A stretch of 64,000 bases of DNA from Nemertoderma westbladi (Eukaryota; Animalia; Xenacoelomorpha). Below are positions 42,601 through 54,600 of this stretch, one piece after another. Position 1 is the first letter of the stretch. Each line of letters starts with the position of its first letter. A program made the position numbers and the translations under genes. The notes under the pieces were generated by a model, which was not told the DNA's origin, searched no databases, and saw only the letters and a list, made by a program, of their open reading frames with translations. The DNA lies in contig JAUCBJ010005560.1 of NCBI GenBank assembly GCA_032718475.1, positions 1 to 64,000 on the forward strand, read 5' to 3'.

Positions 42601-45600
42601 CAGTGTAGTTTCCCAGAGATCGTGGGTACGAGAACCAAATAGAACCAGTGTAGTTTCCCAGAGATCGTGGGTTCGAAAATCAAATAGAACCAGGGTAGTT
42701 TCCCAGAGATCGTGGGTTCGAGAAGCAATAGAACCAGTGTAGTTTCCCAGAGATCGTGGGTTCGAGAACCAATAGAACCAGGGTAGTTTCCCAGAGATCG
42801 TGGGTTCGAGAACCAAATAGAACCAGGGTAGTTTCCCAGAGATCGTGGGTTCGAGAACCAAATAGAACCAGGGTAGTTTCCCAGAGATCGTGGGTTCGAG
42901 AACCAAATAGAACCAGTGTAGTTTCCCAGAGATCGTGGGTTCGAGAACCAATAGAACCAGGGTAGTTTTCCAGAGATCGTGGGTTCGAGAACCAATAGAA
43001 CCAGGGTAGTTTTCCAGAGATCGTGGGTTCGAGAACCAAATAGAACCAGGGTAGTTTCCCAGAGATCGTGGGTTCGAGAACCAAATAGAACCAGGGTAGT
43101 TTCCCAGAGATCGTGGGTTCGAGAACCAAATAGAACCAGGGTAGTTTCCCAGAGATCGTGGGTTCGAGAACCAAATAGAACCAGGGTAGTTTCCCAGAGA
43201 TCGTGGGTTCGAGAACCAAATAGAACCAGTGTAGTTTCCCAGAGATCGTGGGTTCGAGAACCAATAGAACCAGGGTAGTTTTCCAGAGATCGTGGGTTCG
43301 AGAACCAATAGAACCAGGGTAGTTTTCCAGAGATCGTGGGTTCGAGATCCAATAGAACCAGGGTAGTTTCCCAGAGATCGTGGGTTCGAGATCCAATAGA
43401 ACCAGGGTAGTTTCCCAGAGATCGTGGGTTCGAGAACCAAATAGAACCGGGTTAGTTTCCCATAGATCGTGGGTTCGAGAACCAAATAGAACCAGTGTAG
43501 TTTCCCAGAGATCGTGGGTACGAGAACCAAATAGAACCAGTGTAGTTTCCCAGAGATCGTGGGTTCGAGAACCAATAGAACCAGGGTAGTTTCCCAGAGA
43601 TCGTGGGTTCGAGAACCAAATAGAACCAGGGTAGTTTCCCAGAGATCGTGGGTTCGAGAACCAAATAGAACCAGTGTAGTTTCCCAGAGATCGTGGGTAC
43701 GAGAACCAAATAGAACCAGTGTAGTTTCCCATAGATCGTGGGTTCGAGAACCAAATAGAACCAGTTTAGTTTCCCAGAGATCGTGGGTACGAGATCCAAT
43801 AGAACCAGGGTAGTTTCCCAGAGATCGTGGGTTCGAGAACCAAATAGAACCAGGGTAGTTTCCCATAGATCGTGGGTTCGAGATCCAATAGAACCAGGGT
43901 AGTTTCCCATAGATCGTGGGTTCGAGAACCAAATAGAACCAGGGTAGTTTCCCAGAGATCGTGGGTTCGATATCCAATAGAACCAGGGTAGTTTCCCAGA
44001 GATCGTGGGTTCGAGATCCAATAGAACCAGGGTAGTTTTCCAGAGATCGTGGGTTCGAGAACCAATAGAACCAGGGTAGTTTCCCATAGATCGTGGGTTC
44101 GAGATCCAATAGAACCAGGGTAGTTTTCCAGAGATCGTGGGTTCGAGATCCAATAGAACCAGGGTAGTTTCCCAGAGATCGTGTGTTCGAGAACCAAATA
44201 GAACCAGTGTAGTTTCCCAGAGATCGTGGGTTCGAGAACCAAATAGAACCAGTGTAGTTTCCCAGAGATCGTGGGTTCGAGAACCAAATAGAACCAGTGT
44301 AGTTTCCCAGAGATCGTGGGTTCGAGAACCAAATAGAACCAGTGTAGTTTCCCAGAGATCGTGGGTTCGAGAACCAAATAGAACCAGTGAGTTTCCCAGA
44401 GATCGTGGGTTCGAGAACCAATAGAACCAGGGTAGTTTCCCAGAGATCGTGGGTTCGAGAACCAAATAGAACCAGGGTAGTTTCCCAGAGATCGTGGGTT
44501 CGAGAACCAAATAGAACCAGTGTAGTTTCCCAGAGATCGTGGGTTCGAGATCCAATAGAACCAGGGTAGTTTCCCAGAGATCGTGGGTTCGAGAACCAAT
44601 AGAACCAGGGTAGTTTCCCAGAGATCGTGGGTTCGAGATCATATAGAACCAGTGTAGTTGTCGTTTCGGACCGTACTCTACTAACTTATATCGTATATAA
44701 TCTACACCGTACTCTACTTATATCGTATATAATCTACACCGTACTCTACTTATATCGTATATAATCTACACCGTACTCTACTTATATCGTATATAATCTA
44801 CACCGTACTCTACTTATATCGTATATAATCTACACCGTACTCTACTTATATCGTATATAATCTACACCGTACTCTACTTATATCGTATATAATCTACACC
44901 GTACTCTACTTATATCGTATATAATCTACACCGTACTCTACTTATATCGTATATAATCTACACCGTACTCTACTTATATCGTATATAATCTACACCGTAC
45001 TCTACTTATATCGTATATAATCTACACCGTACTCTACTAACTTATATCGTATATAATCTACACCGTACTCTACTTATATCGTATATAATCTACACCGTAC
45101 TCTACTTATATCGTATATAATCTACACCGTACTCTACTTATATCGTATATAATCTACACCGTACTCTACTAACTTATATCGTATATAATCTACACCGTAC
45201 TCTACTTATATCGTATATAATCTACACCGTACTCTACTTATATCGTATATAATCTACATATATATGTATATCGTATATAATCTACACCGTACTCTACTTA
45301 TATCGTATATAATCTACACCGTACTCTACTTATATCGTATATAATCTACACCGTACTCTACTTATATCGTATATAATCTACACCGTACTCTACTTATATC
45401 GTATATAATCTACACCGTACTCTATACTTATATCGTATATAATCTACACCGTACTCTACTTATATCGTATATAATCTACACCGTACTCTACTTATATCGT
45501 ATATAATCTACACCGTACTCTACTTATATCGTATATAATCTACACCGTACTCTACTTATATCGTATATAATCTACACCGTACTCTACTTATATCGTATAT

Positions 45601-48600
45601 AATCTACACCGTACTCTACTTATATCGTATATAATCTACACCGTACTCTACTTATATCGTATATAATCTACACCGTACTCTATAACTTATATCCGCTCTG
45701 CAATTTACTTTTTCTGCAGTTCACTATTTTTTTTCCGATTTATTATTGTAGGTATCAGAGAAACAAGGTAACTTATCAAAATTACAGTGTCGATTCAATG
45801 AATTAGAATCAAAGAATAATGGGATGAACGTGATACTCCAGAGAAGAGAAAGTGAAAACTGCGAACTACGGAAACGTACAACAGAACTAATTGAACAGGT
45901 TACTATAATTATTAGTCGTGACCATAGAACCAGAACAACACATTTTACATTTTACGATTTTACAAAATGATGAAAGATGGCGTTAACATCCTAAAGCCGC
46001 ATATTGGTCTATTTAGAAGATATTGAAGGTTAAAGAAGAACTAGAACAACAACAAACAACGTTAAAGTTGTAAAATGTCCGAGGTAAAAACAACCGACAC
46101 CGCACACACTCAAATCATGGAAATGGGGTTGTTATACTTCTGTGACTAAATTCCGGAGGCAAAACAACCAACACAGCTAATGAATAGTAAATGTTAATTT
46201 TTATATCTGTTGTTTTGCCTCTCCGAATTAATGTTAACCAAAATAACCAGTTTTAATCTTTGAAAAGTTATATTCTGATAGCAAGCAAAAAATTAGGAGA
46301 CTAATGATACGAAACTATTCTAACAAATCGAGGTTTCTTAATTCTTTTTGCAAAAAATTAGGAGACGGTATCCACAATTAGGCAGTTTGCGTTTTAATCG
46401 AAACGATACTTTTTGGTATGTGTTGTTATGGCTATATGTTCACGAGATTGTTATAAGTTATATTAGAAATACCGAGGCCAAACCTTTGAGTGTTTGATAT
46501 TTACTCTATTTAATGTTGTGCCGGTATCCTAAAAAAGGAATAACATCAAAACTACACTACAACAATTAATTATTGTATTTGAAATCGTAAGTTTTCTTGT
46601 CTTGTTTCAATTTATCCATGAATGTTGGCCAACCAACTGGTTTCACCGCAGTTGTATTATTTTTTGAAATTGAAATTGAAACCGTAAATCTGAAATCGTT
46701 CAAGAATTACCCTATATAAATTTTGTTAATATAATTTAAAACTGATGTTTTATTAACTTTAGTAAATTGCCATCGTTTCCTTATGTCATAAAATACTTTT
46801 GTTTAATTGGTTGTATATATATAGATATTATTATTGTATAGCATCACCCCTCCTTCCACCACATATTTTCTACCATCTAAAAAGATTTTCATGTTTTCAG
46901 AGTGAAAAGTGGCACTTATACTGTACAATGCACGTGTACATTTTTTTTATTACAATAAGTACCAGTACCAGTACCAACTCCTTTCGTTTTAACATAAAAT
47001 ATCATTCGTATGAGATTTCGTGATTATTCTTGCTTTTCTCCAGGAGTTTGTTTTGGCGAACAAATATCCTTTGTTAATTTCCGTATGTTGTCTGGCAGAC
47101 TATCCAACAAGCTGGACTCATCCTCTATGGTGATTGTCGATAGAAACGACGGCGATATTGTCTTCCTAACGGAACAAAATTGTACTGGAGGCGACGGCCT
47201 TGGATTGCGAGACAGAAGATTGGCGCATCTGTTGGTTGTCCGAGGACTAATGTCATCGCCGGTGGTTGTCAAGTATATTTCGCCGGGAGTAACTGCCGCA
47301 TTGCATTGCTTGTTGGGACTACATCGAACACCCAGAGACTTATTCTTTGAATAAGCTGTCGATGTACGGGAATTTTGTTTCTCTAATTGTTTACGTTGCC
47401 GTTCGGGAGTTGTTGATCCTTCATGAGCGAATAGATGCGACAGAGAAATCCAACTCAACCAACCTTTTTTCCCAGACGCATTGCAGTCAGCAGGTTCGTC
47501 GTATGATTTTGGAGAGTCTTGACTTTTGTAAACCTCTAGAGAAGAAACTCTCTGACACAGTTTATCTTCCTGTCTCGGTGTGAATGGTTTATTACAATGA
47601 TATTCCGGTGTTTTAATTCGTTTATTAACGGTGGCGTGGGCGTCACCATGTGGTGAACCGGCTGATGTTTTCCGTTTTAGTGGCGATTCCGTCTTGGCTT
47701 TCCTAATCCTATCCTCCTGCGGTAAATGGGGCGGCTTTGAGGATGCGAAAACATATTTTCGCTTGGACTTTCCCAATGATTCTTTTATGACAGCCTTGAC
47801 TTTTGATGATTGTTGATAACCGTGTTGTCGAACCAAATCTAGGGACCCAATATTAGCTTCGTCAGCGTTCGTTGGGACGTTGATGTACTTGCTGCTTTCG
47901 CTACTGAAGGTCGGTTCCCAACCATCTTCATTTGATTTTGCTAAATTAACCTCATTTTCATATTTCCGGGATCTGTGCGTGTCAGGTATTTCTCTCACCT
48001 CTGGCATTAACATCTTCGAGATTTCGTCGCGGTCATTCTGTATTTTTAACGTCGGAAGATGCTTTTGATGTATCGGCCAAGTCTTTCGACCAGGTTCCAT
48101 TTTTTATTGTTTTTATTACTTACGTACTTACCACATAACTAACTACAATAATACACAGTTTATTCTAGAATACAGTTCACATTGGACGTTTCTACAACGA
48201 CCAAAATAATCACAGACGCGGGTACTTTTCGCAACACAGGAACCATATCAAAGATATTATAGGATTGTTGCTTATAATTAAATTTCCCCAATAAGGGCTG
48301 AATCAGTTGTAGCTGTATTAATGAAAATGAAAGTAAATGTATTCAATTCACGTGCTGGATCCAACTTGTGTCTTACAATTACAATTCTTTACAACAAATA
48401 TTATCGCATGCGATTGGAATTTATCTGGCATCAGTATTTTGTATGTTGTGATTATTATTTTTGCCTTCAGTTGTTTTATTCGAGATTTTGGTTTTTGAAA
48501 TCCGCGATGGCATTGGCAGTATAATGCACATGCGATGACTTTGTGACACCAATTGTCATAAATCTAAACAATGAATGGTTAGGTACAAATTTGGAATACA

Positions 48601-51600
48601 AATGTACGTAATTGCAATTAAATAGAGCTAATGCTCTCTAACCTTATGACAGGCATTACTGTTCACCATTATTAATTTTTACTATAAGCGGCTCAATATT
48701 AACAATTAATACGCTATGTTATTATAGGTGGAGCTGTTAAGTAAAAGTTTGAAGGAAAGCAAAGATGACGCTAGTAATGAGATGGCTATTATATTTGGGG
48801 AGACGGAGGTTAAAGAAAAAGAAATACTGGGACTAAAAGAAACAGTTGCCGAACTAAATAACAAGTATAAAACTGTCCAGGTGAGTCATCCTGTTAGATA
48901 GCTCAACATTGTGCATTACATAATTTAATTAAAAAATTAAAGCATACCGTTGTCGTTATATGGCGGATTTGAAACGATTTGTCGGCAAAATTCGCGAAAA
49001 TTATGATCCAACAGTTTGTATTACTTAAGATATTTGTGAACAATTCTGTACTAAAGACAGTTAACCGATTTAACTACAAAATAATAATCATTGAACTTTT
49101 ATTCCATTGAACAGGAACAATTGGTTTCGAGAGAAGAATCTTTGCATCGAATTCATTTGAGGGAATTAGAGGCCGAAGATGATGTGGCAAGACGGGAGAA
49201 AGCGATACAGGAATTGGAATTGCGATTACTTGGAACACAGGTAAACTAATTAACTCCATTTTGGTATGTTATTATTTTTACTATACGGTAGAAATCTCGA
49301 GACGTGCTGTATAGAGCACCTTCCGCCCCAATAAGTATAATAATGTTTTATTGAGTTAGTCTTAATTGAGATAATCTTATGATATTGTCATGGATCGTTA
49401 GATTTAGTTACATTATTCATACGGTCCTTCAATGTCCTTCTTTAGTTTGGGATATTGGGAACTCATTTGGTATTGGTCCTATTTGCCCGAAGTTATGCAG
49501 TGAGGAATAAATAATCAAATAATATCATATATCTTATTGGGTTTAGGAAGAACATAGGCTTGCCAGGGATTCAGCAATGCGTAGGGAAGGAACCGTGCAA
49601 CAACTAGAGGAAGACCTTCTAAACGCCAAGAGGAAACATCACGAGACATTGGAGGAGTTAAATCGATTCCAGTGTGAATTACAAACTGTTACCATGACTA
49701 GTCAAGCTCAATATCAGGTAGGCGCTAAACAGCATTTATGTATAAAATCTATAATGTTTTGTACTAATTTGCCAGCGTGCAACACGACTGACACCCACAT
49801 AGTGGGTGTCGCAGTAGGTTTGTAATGGCTAAAGGACTGACTTATCTGTGCCAGGTTAATCTTGTATAGTTGGTGAACCTTACATATCCACCAGGTTTGG
49901 GGTGGCGACTCTTCATACTCCTCACCCAACTTACAATTACAATTAGTTGTAGAAAAGTTTAACTGTTTAGCTATATTCTCACACCTAACATCCCCGTTGA
50001 TTCTAAAAGCTTTATGGAAATAATATTTTTAAATTCAGATCCTTCAAAAAGATAATTCCGCTAAAGAGGACCAAATATCTTCTCTGGAGACCGAATTGAG
50101 GGTACTTAAAGATGAAAGTAGTGCATTCCAATCCAAGGTTAGCTCAATGAATAATTTATAGAAATTATTGGGCAAATACACTTATAATTATAGTTTAACT
50201 ACACCTTTAATCAAGGTAATATAGTTTAGAGCACAATAATTATGAATAAACTATTATAATTAATAATACAAACCGCCACCAGAATATTAAATTTAAATTT
50301 AAAGGAGCGTAGTGCAAAGTAAAGGTTCCGAGTTTTATTTAGAGGCTAGTTCGGTCAGAGTCGGTGCAGATGCACAGTGCAAAGCGTGGTAGCGATCACA
50401 ACAGTTGCCATGGCAATAGAGGCAGATACAGTCTGTTGAAAGTGAGTGGAAAGGCCGGTTTGTTTGGCAAATTTTGTGGTGAAAACCGTGAGATGTAAAT
50501 CTTGTTAATACGTGACGATTGCGCTGTTTAGATAGTTTCCAGGTAGAAGAAGCAAAAGCAGGGCCATTTGAGTAATTTTCTTGGATAAAGTTGAGTTCAC
50601 GGTTGTGGCGGTAATGATTGTATTGCGTAATAACTTCATTGTTAAATATCAGAGGTGTTTTCGTAATTATGTCTTCGATAAAAGATTGTTCATCAACGAG
50701 ATGATAAGCTAGAGTCGATGAAGCCGTGATATGAAGGCCGAGCAACCGTTTAATGTAAGTTGATTTGATGCGGTCCAGATCTTTCAGGTTTGCTAGGGTT
50801 AGGAAGCGGGCGAAGACAGGAAGGGCATAGAGAGCCATAGGGGCAATTTTCATCCTGAAAAGTTTTAATCCAGTGTCAACAGATAAAAGCCTGAGGTTGT
50901 TAAGAGAGCCCGTAATACTATACGATTTTTTCTTTTTTGAGGTAATATGTTTCGTGAAACTTAGCGAGGACTGTAGTGTAACACCCAGGTAGTCGTATTC
51001 ATTACATATTGTTATGTCGTTGCCGCCATATATAAATTTGTCTGCAGCGGCCAAACGTCCTGCCTTTCTAAATTTTACAATTTTAGTTTTCACTAAGTTG
51101 ACGTCCATTCCATTTTTGAGACACCATGATTGAAGTACGTCCAAGCCATTTTGAATAGTCTGTCTGTCCGGGGCGTATAGTACGAGGTCGTCGGCGTAAA
51201 ACAGGAACTTTAGGAAAGATACCGTCTGTCGGAAAGCCCACGCCAAGTCGGATATAAATACAATAAAACATAGCGGGGAAAAACAGTCTCCCTGTAAAAC
51301 TCCACGGAACTGCGCAATAATATCTGAGAGATTTAGACCGTCGAATATTCTAATATTGTTTTGGAGTAGATTTTTAATTAAATCGAATAATTTTCCCTTT
51401 ATTCCAAATTTGTACAACTTTGATAAAAGAATTGCACGGTTCACTTTATCGAAGGCTTTCTGAAAATCTACAAATGCTGCATACATTTTTCGATCTGATT
51501 TATTTGCCGATTGTAAGGCAGAGTAAATGTCGTTTATCAGTATACGTAGGGCATCGGCCGTAGACTTATTAGGCATAAAACCATATTGTTCCGACGGAAT

Positions 51601-54600
51601 TTTGTGTGCTATGTACCATCGAACACGAGTGTTTATTATAGATGTGAGAGTTTTAATAAATACAGATAACAATGCAATTCCCCTGTAGTTATCTGGTTTT
51701 GTAATTAGTCCTTTGCCTTTGTATAGGAGAAGGATTATGCATTCCTTCCAGCATAAACTTAATAATCATAACAATCGTAACATCGTTAACACTTAATAAT
51801 CATATTTATTTTTCATATATTACTTCACCGTGGATAATTTATTGGATCTGTACTGGTTAATCACTGTGACCATATTAGTAGTGTTTTTTTGTCAAAGGCT
51901 GGTTGAATAGTTCTCATTAATTTGATGTCTTAAAGACAAGGTACGGTACCACCAATTATTTAAATACTTATATCTGCCCTGCGTTTACGCAAATCAGTAT
52001 TATTATTGTTATAAAACTGGTGACATAACTTCGGGCGCTTAACAATAAGCAGTAAACGTAATATCTAACTCAATAATAACTAATTCCATTAGCTATCTCA
52101 TTCTTAACTCAATCGTAGTAAAATTATAATAATTAGCGCGAATGAAAATAATGCCATAATTAATTAAGCGGAACGTTTCTATTTATTACATTAAACCATC
52201 ATCAGCCAAATACTACAGTAAGACACATAAAGTTTAAATTACATTCTAAATTATTAATATTACTGCAAAATATGTGAAAACATTACAATACGAGAAGATA
52301 TAAGAGCCTAACTACTTGCATACGTAATACTACATTCTTAACTCTTTTTGGCCCGTGAATTCATCTGTGGTTACTTTGGCTCGCACCCAAGCTTCTTTTT
52401 TTATTATTCATGTTTTTAAGCGGTGTAAAGTACTTGGCTGTGTAAAGTGCTGGCAAAGCATGATGCAGCCTCACATCTCACACTGCACTCCTTAGTCCTA
52501 ACCCACAACCCACCCGCCCCCACAACACACACATTTATCTCAGAGATTATTTAATTCGAGCAGTCTGGACTTTTTAGTTTTTATTAAATTAGTTATTTTG
52601 TTTCGCTGACACCCAATCATGCTAAATGTTCTAATCATTATAAACCCAGAGGATACATTGCGCAGCTGTTGGTCGCGTAGTGTTAAAATCCTCAAAATGG
52701 CCAATTTGTGTTTCACAACATTTTGGATTATTAGTTACAATAAGTTGATGTTAAGCCGCGAGCAGTACCACCAAAACCGATAGACTGGTCTGGACCCGAG
52801 TACAATGACCTTAGCAACCAACCAGCGATACCAATCAAACAAACACCATGTCTTTAATAATTGCGACCAGGGCAATCATAAGATGTTATCTGCCAGTCTG
52901 CCGGCTAAGCTGAAAGTGCTGCTTCCTTTAATCTTTTAAGCGCATGTGTGGCCTGTCCGGCAGGTTCTTGTTAAAATTCCTGCGGTCATTACAGACCACC
53001 GTGTGGGTTACTGTCTGTTGAATGGCTTTGGTTATTATACTTCTACCTAGTCTACTTGCCTCTTACATGTATGGAGCCGCCATAATGTCGCGCCTGTATC
53101 AGCTAATTCTCTTTATATGTCACCTCCAACTATTTTTTTTCACAGTTTCTCAGTTTTAAGATCTAATCATTTCTGATTTGAATAATAAATTACTAATTGG
53201 CTAATTAATTATTATATTATTATTATTAGTTTATTACCTTAACATATGACATAACATATGTATGATAGTTATGTAATTTAGCACCCATAAAAGCATAAGC
53301 AGGAAACAGCGGTTGTCCTTTAGTGTAAGTTTAGTTAGACTATATTTTTCCTAGGTATCGGTAGCATAATTATATCTGTCTATTTTTAACCTTTCCGGAC
53401 GTCTCAAAATGCATTATTTAGACTTCACGGTTTTTATTATTGGTAATGTGGGTGAATTAGTGCGATTTCATATTATAATTTTCTACCTTTCACTGGATAA
53501 AGACGCAATCCAAATTCATCCCTCTCCTCTCCAGGGGGAAATCGAAGCAAATAACAGCGCTGAGTGCCGTTGTAACAGATAATTTTCACTCCCCATGCAA
53601 AACCACCCCCGGTCCCGGTTAAAATTCCCTAGTTCTCACTCCCGGTGTATCAGCACGTAAATTACGTACCGTAATAAATATATAGACATTGTAGCGGTAG
53701 AACCCTTCTAGCAGCACGTAAAGTTACATGTGGTAACTGTAGACACTGTATATCCCTTCGCGCTCACTGTAGACACTGTATATCCCTTCGCGCAGCGCGT
53801 GAGTTGCATGGAATAAATATACTGTATATTGGCCCTTCGCGCAGCATCGAGATACACATAGTAAATAGACACACCGATGAGACTTAGATCACCACGTGAA
53901 TTACGCAATAAATAGTTAGAGACATTTTAGAACCCGTCCAGCAGCACGTGAGTAATACCGGTATGCAGAACGCCTAAATATAGATACTTTTGGCGGGCCC
54001 ATCGCGCAGCATGTTAGTTAGACGTGGGTGTCTTCGAGTGTTTTTCTCGCTGAAGTGATAACATGTTTCAACTCACAACTGCACCAGCACCAATCGAGCT
54101 CACAATCGGTGATAGAAAGCAGATTAAATATTAAATTTATTTATTCTCGAATCTCTGCAGCCTCCATGTACAATTCAGTTAGATAGTAGCAGACTAGAGA
54201 GTAACTCAGTAACTGTAGGCTTATATCGTATTTAAATTAATATAGAAAATTAGAATATCATGGGGGTAAGAATACACAGAGAGGGGTTAAATTTCACAAA
54301 AAAATCATCCGGAGTAGTTTCACGCCCGGTTAAAATGCCGTAGTGAATTCTAACCGGGATGTGAATTTTTAGGGGGGTGAAATTTCCTGCTACATCGGTA
54401 GGCCCTACTCCTAAAAATAAAACTAAATGTTATATTGATTTACGTTTGTTGTTTATTTACGTGCCAAATGCCAAAGTTACTGTAACCTTACCTTTCATTT
54501 ACCTTATTGCGAATTTAAGATTGAGACGATATATTTATACTCTGAAACATGTCTCTCTATGTCTCATGTTTAGATTACAAATCCGCAAAAATATTGCAAT

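Noticed and set aside
33741-44642. Giant minus-strand ORFs up to 2109 aa and many plus-strand ORFs
   Set aside because: They are translations of the 44/45-bp satellite, whose minus strand almost entirely lacks stop codons. The same three peptides swap frames at every 44-bp unit, so no frame is being conserved.
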